Source: a virus
IMG/VR virus record: IMGVR_UViG_3300023116_000009
Coordinates: 1 to 64,000 of that record
DNA length: 64,000 bases
Direction: 5' to 3' (one strand)
Part shown: positions 56,144 through 64,000 of the stretch, piece after piece
How positions within the stretch are numbered: the first letter of the stretch is position 1
How the letters are laid out: the number at the start of each line of letters is the position of its first letter
Made by a program: the position numbers and the translations under genes
The notes under the pieces: model-generated
Databases searched by the model: none
What the model was told of the DNA's origin: nothing
What the model saw: only the letters and a program-made list of their open reading frames with translations

Positions 56144-58687
56144 TCAACCTCCCACAATAGAGGGATTGCCCCATGCAGGAGTATTTGATGCAGATGCTTG
56201 GTTATTCCTCAGCATAGGTATTGGCATTGGGATATACTTAACCACTTCTTGTACCATGGATGGAAGATTGAACGGTTTTGCCTCTGGTTGAATATTGTCC
56301 TCCAAAGGATCAGGTTCTACTGCGGTATCTTTATTTATTGATGGTTTAGGGGCATTAATACTTACTGATCCTGACTTTGCACCTCTAACATCACCATGAC
56401 CAGTTTTTACAAGAACATTACCCTTTTCGTCAGTAACAGTAACGTAGGCACCATATCCACCACCTTGACCATAATTCACTTTACCTCCCTCTAAAGTGGG
56501 AACAATAATTTCTGCACCCTCAGCACTCTTACCAAATCTAGTTTCTCCTGTAGAAGGAATATAATAGTCAATACTATCAAAATCAGAATATCTAGAGTGC
56601 CCATGTGCAGATTGTGCCTTTGCAAGTAATGCTAACTTTTCTTCCATACTAGCATCTGAGTTCCATACTTGCCCAGACACTGCAGCATTCGAAAACTCAA
56701 TCTTTCTGCCTCTTGCTGCATATGATGCTGCAAGTTTATCCATCATCTTCACTCTGTCTTCCATAGACAATGATTTTGAGAATTTAGTATCAATATGATA
56801 TGCACTACTACCACCAATATATTGACTTGCTCCTGTTTTCAATCCAGTTGCATAAGTTCCGCCAACAGCAGCAGCGTTCATTGTTCCAAGTCCCATGGTG
56901 TCTAAAGTAGCAGCAGCGGCAGGAGCACCAAAAACTGAACCAACAACATCAGCAGCTACTCTAATTGGATTCATATCTTTAAGTTTTTTAAGTCCTTCCT
57001 TTAATGGATTTAAAAAGGACATCATACCTTCCTCTATCCATTTAAAAATTTTATCCACAAGATTTGGAATCTTAGGTAACCTGCCAATCCCAGGAAATGG
57101 TGTTACTGGTTCCGATGGTAATTGCTGCAAATCCCCAAGTTCTTTAATGAGAGTCAAACTAACTCCCATTTGCCTTGCAATCACAAGTGCAGCACTAGTG
57201 ACTGCACCCACTCCAGAATTCATTACCCCAAGTGCTGCGGGACCACCCAAGAACCATGCTAACTTACTTACAGGAATGATTAGTTCATTCTCTCCACCAT
57301 CTCCAACAATAACAAGTTGTGGTTTATCATCACTAACTAACCCTTCAGATGCAGCAGGAATTTCAGGTTCTGGTGTGGGTTCTGGTTTTAGTTCTGGTTT
57401 TGGTGCTGGTGTGGGTTCTGGTTTTGGTGCTGGTGTGTCAGTTTTTGGTTCTGCTGGTTTTGGTGCAGTTTCTGGTCCAATTGCTGCAAGAAATCGTCTT
57501 AATTTTTTTAATATCATTTCACTTTGAGTTTCATCACCCATCTCTATTGCTTTTTGAATTGCATGACCAGGACTCTTCTGCCAATCTTCTTCTTTCTTTA
57601 TTTCTGCCTTAAGACGTTCACGTACTTGCTTTTGCTTTTCAGGAGGTACAGAATCAAATTTCTTTTTAAATGCTGCATCTTGCTCTTCATCTGTACCAAA
57701 AATTCTATCGCCAATCCACTCAAGACCCACCATTAAAACTTGCTCAAGAATATAACCAATAACAAATCCCTTTATATTACTAATAACTGTTTTGGGATTA
57801 ATTTTAGGAAGTTTAAATCCTCCCAATTTGGGAGCAGGTACACCACCAGTGCCTGTAGTAACAGTAGGTCCACCACCTGGACCCAATCCAACTGGTCTAG
57901 GAGCACCCCCTTGAGTTACCTTTGGTGCGGTAAAAGGATTTCTAATTTTAGGCAGTCCAAGTCCACCTGCAGGACTTTGAAGTCCCCTAGGAATGATTGG
58001 TTTAGATCGTGTGACTGTGGGAGATTTTCTAAAGATATCAAGAGGATTATTAAGACCTTTTGGTATTCTACCCCCACCACCTCCAGTAATTTTAGGTCCT
58101 TTATCAAAAGGATTAATATTTGGAAGCTTTGGAAATTGACCAGTTACAGTTGGTCTGTTTGGTTTAAATCTATCGTACCACTTTGGTGATCTAGATTGAG
58201 TAACCTTTGGTTTGTTTACACGTGGTTTATTTTTATTCTTATTTCGATTTTGATTTCTATTTCTTTTATTTGGATTCTTCGGTTTATTCCTATTCTTGGG
58301 TTTATTCCTATTCTTGGGTGGTTTTAGTTTTGGTTTAAACTTAGGAAATCCAGGTAAGTTAAAATTAAATCCATCCTTCTTCGTGGGATCTAATATCGTA
58401 CCTTTTGTTGCAGTTCTAACTTTTGATTTGATGATATCATCATCAATAGACAATTGTCTTAATCTAGTTTGTTCATACTTAAAGATCTTTTCCTTAAGTT
58501 TTAAATTTAAGACAGCAACATTTCTCAAGCGCAAAGTTTCATGCGCCAAAGTTGAAGAACCAACAGTATCTCGTTTTACCTCTCTGGGTATTCTTTCTTC
58601 TTCCCCAGTTTCAGGCGAATACCCTCTAGCGTCATAAATCTCTCTTATGGCGCTAGTATAATTGGTAAGTCCTAATCGGTTCTTCAT
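56144..58687 (-). CDS. Tape-measure/hub-like protein with low-complexity repeats and an M23-like C-terminus
   Basis: K/N/R repeats and PE/PK repeats; YHID..GGYGAYV..TGHG resembles M23 (LytM) strands; follows gp26/gp51. Confidence 0.6.
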   Translation of the reverse strand: MKNRLGLTNYTSAIREIYDARGYSPETGEEERIPREVKRDTVGSSTLAHETLRLRNVAVLNLKLKEKIFKYEQTRLRQLSIDDDIIKSKVRTATKGTILDPTKKDGFNFNLPGFPKFKPKLKPPKNRNKPKNRNKPKNPNKRNRNQNRNKNKNKPRVNKPKVTQSRSPKWYDRFKPNRPTVTGQFPKLPNINPFDKGPKITGGGGGRIPKGLNNPLDIFRKSPTVTRSKPIIPRGLQSPAGGLGLPKIRNPFTAPKVTQGGAPRPVGLGPGGGPTVTTGTGGVPAPKLGGFKLPKINPKTVISNIKGFVIGYILEQVLMVGLEWIGDRIFGTDEEQDAAFKKKFDSVPPEKQKQVRERLKAEIKKEEDWQKSPGHAIQKAIEMGDETQSEMILKKLRRFLAAIGPETAPKPAEPKTDTPAPKPEPTPAPKPELKPEPTPEPEIPAASEGLVSDDKPQLVIVGDGGENELIIPVSKLAWFLGGPAALGVMNSGVGAVTSAALVIARQMGVSLTLIKELGDLQQLPSEPVTPFPGIGRLPKIPNLVDKIFKWIEEGMMSFLNPLKEGLKKLKDMNPIRVAADVVGSVFGAPAAAATLDTMGLGTMNAAAVGGTYATGLKTGASQYIGGSSAYHIDTKFSKSLSMEDRVKMMDKLAASYAARGRKIEFSNAAVSGQVWNSDASMEEKLALLAKAQSAHGHSRYSDFDSIDYYIPSTGETRFGKSAEGAEIIVPTLEGGKVNYGQGGGYGAYVTVTDEKGNVLVKTGHGDVRGAKSGSVSINAPKPSINKDTAVEPDPLEDNIQPEAKPFNLPSMVQEVVKYIPMPIPMLRNNQASASNTPAWGNPSIVGG

Positions 58688-58881
58688 GCGTTTCTACGTT
58701 GCTGCTCTATGCGTTGTTTTTCCTCTTCCAAGTATTGCTTCAATAATGCAACATAGATGTCATATTCCCAAGGAATTAAAGATTCAATTTCAGTTAAACT
58801 ATAGTTATGATGTTGCATTAATGCAAAAGTAGTTCTATAGTAATTCTCTAGGGAATTGTGGAAGAGGGCTATGCGAAAAAA
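58684..58881 (-). CDS. gp51: gp51-like hub assembly protein (first ATG at 58818; conserved frame extends upstream to the slippery site)
   Basis: LENYY..FALMQHH.YSLTEIE.LIPWE.DIYV.LL..LEEE motif. Confidence 0.85.
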   Translation of the reverse strand, partial: FFRIALFHNSLENYYRTTFALMQHHNYSLTEIESLIPWEYDIYVALLKQYLEEEKQRIEQQRRNA

Positions 58882-59570
58882 TTGGACAATCCTTCAATTA
58901 CATAATCAAACTCAACACCTGTCTTTGGATTGCTTGCCTTAATTTTATGTCGAAGAGATGGCATCGTCTCAAAAAACTTTTGAATGTTGGCAAATTGCTT
59001 AGAACTCAATTGCTCAAGGAAATGAACAAATTCATCAATTGTTGTGGTATTGGAATCCCAAACATCTTCATCATTATAAAGGCGGGAGATTGATTTTGCC
59101 ATAAACACAAAAGTGTCGTCAATATCTTCTTGTGGATCAGAAAAACTATCAAGGTTTGGATACTTCATCTCAATCCAAAGATCATCCGAAACTTTAATCT
59201 TATTAGTGTGACCGTATGCAAATTCTACATTTACATCTTCGACATCAATAGACACTTTAACCTCAGTTACTCCATCATCTGGGCAAGTCAGAAGAAGTTC
59301 AATAACCTCACCTACAGATTTGCCCCTAATGTTTAGGAACATGTATTCAATATCAAAAGTTGCCAATGAATCAACATCGAATCCTTTTGTTAAGACACAA
59401 GCAGAAATAATGTCTCTCAGAGCATTAGCAATTTGCTTATCATCTTCAGATTCTAACGCCATCAAGAGAACTTTTTCCTCTTTGACCATGAATGGTCTAT
59501 ATTTGATCTTCTTCTTTGTAGAAGGGACTACCAATTCATATGTTGGTGAAGTCAAGGTGGGTAAAGACAT
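58869..59570 (-). CDS. gp26: Baseplate hub subunit gp26
   Basis: MSLP.L..PTYEL.VPST.KKIKYRPF.VKEEK.LLMA..FDIEY.FLNIRGKSVGE. Confidence 0.93.
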   Translation of the reverse strand: MSLPTLTSPTYELVVPSTKKKIKYRPFMVKEEKVLLMALESEDDKQIANALRDIISACVLTKGFDVDSLATFDIEYMFLNIRGKSVGEVIELLLTCPDDGVTEVKVSIDVEDVNVEFAYGHTNKIKVSDDLWIEMKYPNLDSFSDPQEDIDDTFVFMAKSISRLYNDEDVWDSNTTTIDEFVHFLEQLSSKQFANIQKFFETMPSLRHKIKASNPKTGVEFDYVIEGLSNFFA

Positions 59571-59598
59571 AAATTAATCTCCAAAAATTATGCAAGTA

Positions 59599-60249
59599 TT
59601 AGGCGTTTTTCAACCGTTTAGTGTATCTAGAATATTCATAATAGAATGATGCTTGTAATCTTAATGGTTGATTAGGACCATTAGATACGGTTAAATCATT
59701 TATTAAGTATGGGAATACATTATATAATTGGATGGTCGATTTAGAAGGAACCTTATTACTTCTATTAGAGTATTCTGGTTCTGTCTTTTCAATCGTCATG
59801 TCACAAACGTAATCTTTGTAATAACGAGTTAACATCCAATCTCTGGCAGTAATGTCTGGTATTCCAGTTTGAAAGGGGAACATATATTCTGCCCACTTAT
59901 GTAGCATGTTCATAGGAAGGTGTTCATGATCCATCAAAAATGTGATGGTAAAATCCCTAAAAGTTTTAGTGTGTGCATACTTTTGATTCATTCCAGGCAT
60001 GTGCCCTTCAAAATCTCCAGTGCTGATACTAAATCCTGGGATATTAACTTCATCCGCAAGATAACTCAGTTTAGCACCATTAGACGTGAGATCATTTCTC
60101 TCATACGTCTCTGGATTAATAACACCTTCCACCCCAAGATACACTGAAAGTGCAGCATTTGCACTAAAGTTAAATGATATTTGGTATCGGTTAGACGCAG
60201 AAAGTCCATAAGGACCAACTATATTCGTCATAACATCGTTAATCTTCAT
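59599..60249 (-). CDS. gp54: Tail tube initiator (gp54-like)
   Basis: NRY.ISF..LS.LA.EV.IPG.S.ST..K.A....F.D.TITF.MD tube-protein fold; late promoter upstream. Confidence 0.7.
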   Translation of the reverse strand: MKINDVMTNIVGPYGLSASNRYQISFNFSANAALSVYLGVEGVINPETYERNDLTSNGAKLSYLADEVNIPGFSISTGDFEGHMPGMNQKYAHTKTFRDFTITFLMDHEHLPMNMLHKWAEYMFPFQTGIPDITARDWMLTRYYKDYVCDMTIEKTEPEYSNRSNKVPSKSTIQLYNVFPYLINDLTVSNGPNQPLRLQASFYYEYSRYTKRLKNA

Positions 60250-60270
60250 CTAAATAGAGTTGGAAGAGTA

Positions 60271-60278
60271 TATTTATA
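60271..60278 (-). promoter_or_regulatory. T4-type late promoter
   Basis: TATAAATA on the minus strand. Confidence 0.75.
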
Positions 60279-60294
60279 TTTAGCGACAATATTT

Positions 60295-60729
60295 ATGGCG
60301 TACTGTGGTAAATACAGACCATCTTATCCAAAAAAGTATAAGGGGGATCCAACAAATGTTATATACCGTTCCTTGTGGGAAAGAAAATTTATGGTTTGGT
60401 GCGATAACAACGAAAATGTTCTTGAGTGGGGAAGTGAAGAGATCATTATCCCTTATATCTCTCCTCTTGATAATCGGGTCCATCGCTACTTCCCAGATTT
60501 CTATGTCAGAGCAAGAACTAAAACTGGGGGGACTCAGAAATTTATTATCGAGATCAAACCGCTTAAGCAAACAACACCTCCCGAAAAACAACGCCGTCGT
60601 ACAAAGAGGTATATAACCGAAGTTACCACATATGCAGTTAATGAAGCAAAATGGCACGCAGCAAGAGAGTACTGTAAAGACAGAAGATGGGAATTTAAAA
60701 TACTAACAGAAAAGGAGTTAAAGATATGA
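60295..60729 (+). CDS. gp4: Head completion nuclease gp4
   Basis: MAY.GKY.P..P.KY.GDPTN.IYRSLWERKFM.WCD..WGSEE..RYFPDF..IEIKP. Confidence 0.93.
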   Translation: MAYCGKYRPSYPKKYKGDPTNVIYRSLWERKFMVWCDNNENVLEWGSEEIIIPYISPLDNRVHRYFPDFYVRARTKTGGTQKFIIEIKPLKQTTPPEKQRRRTKRYITEVTTYAVNEAKWHAAREYCKDRRWEFKILTEKELKI

Positions 60730-61187
60730 CAGTCATAGACGCAATAAAGAAAGAAGGGGCGAAAACCGTCTCGGCACAAAGAAGTATTGCGTTCAATTAC
60801 CTTTTCGATCATGCAAAGGATGATGTGATGGTAGGTAAATTCTACCTATTTGAATATGACCCCAAAACCAAAGTGCAATTAAGACATTGGGACAAATATC
60901 CTCTAGTTTTAATAACCACAATTTATGATGATGGGTTTATGGGGGCAAATTTCCATTATACTACACAAAAACAAAGAATGATCCTTGCTAAAAAGTTTCT
61001 AAATAGCAAGGTAACCATTCCAATGAAATTGCTACATAGATATATTATAAAGAGAGCAGATAACTTATTCTTTGAAGTTCCAGATAAAGAATTAGTAGAA
61101 TTTGCTGCTTTGCCTATAGAGGAATTTCGTGATAGCAAAAATAGATTTGTTAGTGCAAACAAAGTCCAATCAGGAAACCGCAGATAA
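60726..61187 (+). CDS. gp2: DNA end protector gp2-like protein
   Basis: GKFYLFEYDPKTK..WDKYPLV..GFMGANFHY. Confidence 0.8.
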   Translation: MTVIDAIKKEGAKTVSAQRSIAFNYLFDHAKDDVMVGKFYLFEYDPKTKVQLRHWDKYPLVLITTIYDDGFMGANFHYTTQKQRMILAKKFLNSKVTIPMKLLHRYIIKRADNLFFEVPDKELVEFAALPIEEFRDSKNRFVSANKVQSGNRR

Positions 61188-62236
61188 TGGCAGAAGCAAG
61201 ATACAGATACCCAAGAAGCACAATATCTCAAACGGGATTTTATATTTCGTTTGTGGCATATGATTATAGTGCCGCACCACAAATTGGACAAGGAAATATA
61301 CGATCTGCAATCTCTCGCCAAGGTGGTTCTGCTTTGGCAGGAACAACTTTAGATAATTTTGAACAAAGCACTTTTACAGAAACAATCAAAACGAATTACG
61401 GCAACAAATCAACTGGAGAAGGTGATGCCTCTGGAAAAGGTTCTGTCTCTCTTTATGTTCCTCAGTCATTAGAATACAGTTACGGTGCTAACTGGAAATC
61501 AGTTCAATTTGGTGCATTGGGTTCTGCCTTTGGAAGTAGCAGTATGGCAGATTTGGCAACACAAGCAGCAAAAGTTGGGGGAATTACAGCAGCAACGGTT
61601 CTTGGAGATGTAGTCGGTGGTCTTTTAGAAACAATCCCCAAAACAAGCGGTGTTGACACTGATAGTTTTCTAGGAGCAGCGTTTGGTGTTACCTTTAACG
61701 ATAACACACTGCAAACCTTTGATAAGATGGAAACCAGAAACTTTGAATTTAGGTATATTCTGGTAGCAAGAGATGCAGAGGAAGAAGTAGAGATTAAGAA
61801 GATCATCAAATTCTTCAAAATTGCAATGCACCCAAGTTCTAAGTCAAATAAGAAGAATAATACTATATTCTTAGGATATCCTTATATTTTCAGAATTATC
61901 CCAAGTGGATACAAGAGTTCACTTTCTACAAAAAGTGGTGGGCAGATCAAGGCAGGTTCAGAAACTCCAGATTTGGCATCATTCTTGCCAAATACTAGAT
62001 ATTGTGCCCTAAAATCAATGAATGTAAATTACACTCCCAATAATGTAATTTCATTGACTCCTGGTAGTTTTGTAACCGCAGTGACACTTTCACTTTCATT
62101 CACAGAACTCACCAACCTCGTAAGAGAAGATATTGAAGATTTTGAAGACACTCAAGATATGGACGGCATCTCGTTCAGTGCTAGATCTGAACAGTCCCAA
62201 CGTGAATCTGATGGTTATTACGGTCCTGCATTCTAA
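61187..62236 (+). CDS. gp48: Baseplate tail tube cap gp48
   Basis: LY.PQSL.Y.YGANW..N.......F..ME.R.F.F.Y.L.ARD..E..I..IIKFFK..CALKSM.VNYTP. Confidence 0.88.
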   Translation: MAEARYRYPRSTISQTGFYISFVAYDYSAAPQIGQGNIRSAISRQGGSALAGTTLDNFEQSTFTETIKTNYGNKSTGEGDASGKGSVSLYVPQSLEYSYGANWKSVQFGALGSAFGSSSMADLATQAAKVGGITAATVLGDVVGGLLETIPKTSGVDTDSFLGAAFGVTFNDNTLQTFDKMETRNFEFRYILVARDAEEEVEIKKIIKFFKIAMHPSSKSNKKNNTIFLGYPYIFRIIPSGYKSSLSTKSGGQIKAGSETPDLASFLPNTRYCALKSMNVNYTPNNVISLTPGSFVTAVTLSLSFTELTNLVREDIEDFEDTQDMDGISFSARSEQSQRESDGYYGPAF

Positions 62237-62241
62237 AACAA

Positions 62242-62865
62242 ATGTCATACTTTAACAGAATCCCAGACATTCTTTACTTAAAATACGACAAAAATCCATA
62301 TGATGGAACTTATATTCGTATCAAAAACATTTTTGGTCGAATTAAGGTTGTCGATGACGTTTTAGCGGGATCAACCGTTTTTAACGACTATTTTGTCTCT
62401 GATGAGGAGCGACCAGATACCATTTCTTTTGATTATTATGGAGATCCTGGTTATGATTGGGTCATTATGCTGATAAACAATATCAGAAACTTGTACGAGG
62501 ATTGGCCAAGGAATACACTTTCTCTAAATGAGTACATCAATAAAAAATACGTAGATCCTGACGCTATCCACCATTACGAAACCGTAGAACAGTTATTTAA
62601 AGGAAGAACCATTTTAAATGGTGGTATTGAAGTTGGAGAATCCTTCAGATTCATCGATCCACTTGGAAATCAAAGAACTGCAGCAGAATCCAGGATTGGG
62701 GTAACCAACTATTTGTACGAAACCCGCAGAAATGACGAAAAAAAGCAAATCTACATTTTGAAACCAGAATTGCTAGAGGACTTTTTAAACATCTTTGAGA
62801 AAGAGATGAAATTTACCCCTAGCACTGAATTCGTCACAGAATCTTTAAAACTGTCAAATAATTAA
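62242..62865 (+). CDS. gp53: Baseplate wedge protein gp53
   Basis: YF..IPD..Y..KNIFGR..ERPDTIS..YYGDPGYDWVIMLINNI..WP..IHHYET. Confidence 0.9.
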   Translation: MSYFNRIPDILYLKYDKNPYDGTYIRIKNIFGRIKVVDDVLAGSTVFNDYFVSDEERPDTISFDYYGDPGYDWVIMLINNIRNLYEDWPRNTLSLNEYINKKYVDPDAIHHYETVEQLFKGRTILNGGIEVGESFRFIDPLGNQRTAAESRIGVTNYLYETRRNDEKKQIYILKPELLEDFLNIFEKEMKFTPSTEFVTESLKLSNN

Positions 62866-63176
62866 TCACGTTGTCTCCAATCATCAGGTTTGTCTTGTTT
62901 GAACCACTCTACAATTTCATCTGCACTTTCAAATTTGCTTTTGTGGTTTGATGGGTCTGGGTCTCCTAGACCCATTTTGTTCATGAAATCGTCCAGAGAA
63001 CCTTCTTCTGCTGGATTTGCCGCAATGCGTCTTGCCCTTGTGAGCATTTCTCTAGCAGACCCATTCGCCTTTGCTAACTTGTCTGCCCAAATCATGTCCT
63101 CAAGTTGAACCTCTTCTCCATTTACAATTCTAGAACAAATAAACTCCAGACGGAGGCGATACTGCGTCGATAACAT
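62862..63176 (-). CDS. Conserved cyanophage hypothetical protein
   Basis: MLSTQYRLRLEFIC.RI..G.EV.L.DMIWA.KLAKAN..QDKPDDWRQRD; CATAAATA at 63207-63200. Confidence 0.75.
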   Translation of the reverse strand: MLSTQYRLRLEFICSRIVNGEEVQLEDMIWADKLAKANGSAREMLTRARRIAANPAEEGSLDDFMNKMGLGDPDPSNHKSKFESADEIVEWFKQDKPDDWRQRD

Positions 63177-63287
63177 AAAAATGCCCACCATTACTGGATT
63201 ATTTATGATCGACCCTTTTGACCAAATTTTTGGCGGGATTTTTTTCCCGACTTTTTTGTAACTAAAAAGTGATTTTCGTTTTGGGAC

Positions 63288-63316
63288 AAAAAAAAGGGAT
63301 CCTTTTCAGGACCCCC
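63288..63316 (-). terminator. Rho-independent terminator after gp32
   Basis: GGGGTCC-TGAAAA-GGATCCC followed by a T run. Confidence 0.8.
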
Positions 63317-63323
63317 TTCTCTA

Positions 63324-64000
63324 TCAGAACTCTTCGTTGGCGAGAGAGTCGAAGTAACTGTAGGTGTCGTCACTAGCGTTGGCAGCAACAGCAGTCAACT
63401 CTTGCTTCAACTCTTGAGGCACAGGAGGTGCTTCATAGCGAGGAGTAGGAGCACCGAAGTCCATCTCTTCATCACGAACTTCAGCAGCAACAGGACGACC
63501 ACTCAGCACAGCATTGAGTCGTGCCTGAAGTTCAGCATACGTTTTGAAACTCTTTGCGTCGGTGAACTCACGAAGGTCGTGGAGTTGATCATAGATCTGC
63601 TTCAGTTCAGCATCACCAAATCCACCAAGGACAGAGGGACGAGCAAAGGAAGAAGAATCGTAGTTCCAGAAACCAGCAACCTTCTTGATACGCAGGTTGA
63701 AATCAGCACCTTGCCAGAAGTCAAATGGATCAATTGATTCTTGATCACCAAACTCAGGTTGCATTGCTTCGTTGATCTTATCAAAGATCTTCTTGCCAAA
63801 CTTGTAAAGCATAACCTTGCCTTCGTTCTGAGGATTGGCAGGATCCTTGAGAACATAGATGTTTGCATAGTAAGACAGTTTACGCTTCTGCTTACGAGCA
63901 ACTTCTTTATCGCTATCAAGTCCACTATTCCAGAGTTGACGATTCAGTTCTGCAATAGGATCTTGCTGTCCAATGGTGGTGAGAGAGTTCTCAATGTACC
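63324..64000 (-). CDS. gp32: Single-stranded DNA-binding protein gp32 (5' part lies beyond the window)
   Basis: LYKFGKKIFDKI..DPFDFWQGADF.LRIKKV.GFWNYDSS.F plus an acidic tail (SYFDSLANEEF); the frame stays open to the window edge. Confidence 0.95.
   Translation of the reverse strand, partial: YIENSLTTIGQQDPIAELNRQLWNSGLDSDKEVARKQKRKLSYYANIYVLKDPANPQNEGKVMLYKFGKKIFDKINEAMQPEFGDQESIDPFDFWQGADFNLRIKKVAGFWNYDSSSFARPSVLGGFGDAELKQIYDQLHDLREFTDAKSFKTYAELQARLNAVLSGRPVAAEVRDEEMDFGAPTPRYEAPPVPQELKQELTAVAANASDDTYSYFDSLANEEF

Noticed and set aside
56895-57527. 210-aa plus-strand ORF and other long antisense ORFs within structural genes
   Set aside because: Antisense to Pro/Ala/Thr-rich coding sequence that lacks stop codons on the opposite strand; no promoter or RBS support.
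60181-60294. N-terminal extension of gp4 shown in the ORF track
   Set aside because: It overlaps gp54 and the divergent promoter region; the conserved gp4 sequence begins at MAYCGKY (60295).

Overview
The window is a 64-kb segment of a T4-like marine cyanomyovirus genome (Kyanoviridae-type). The call rests on T4 core genes (gp6, gp25, PAAR gp5.4, split gp5, gp26/gp51, gp54, gp4, gp2, gp48, gp53, gp32), the cyanophage auxiliary gene cp12, four tRNAs and T4 late promoters (TATAAATA). Layout: (1) 1-5.35 kb, baseplate genes and an HNH endonuclease. (2) 5.4-10.7 kb, a GC-rich early island of tiny genes, each with its own repeated promoter-hairpin cassette, bounded by an iteron-like repeat cluster and a DnaA-box-like cluster. 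(3) 10.7-17.8 kb, small hypothetical genes, including an EndoVII-like nuclease and a metzincin protease. (4) 17.8-47 kb, seven very large virion/fibre genes with PA14-like, dockerin/EF-hand-like, LRR and beta-helix regions. (5) 47-48.7 kb, a tRNA/ncRNA cluster. (6) 48.7-64 kb, hub, tail-tube, head-completion and ssDNA-binding genes. The strongest leads are the promoter-hairpin cassette array, a likely -1 frameshift joining gp26 to gp51, the DnaA-box-like cluster between divergent promoters, a pseudoknotted RNA ending in CCA fused to tRNA-Ala, and acidic DNA-mimic-like early proteins. All family assignments come from motif recognition by eye; no database searches were run.
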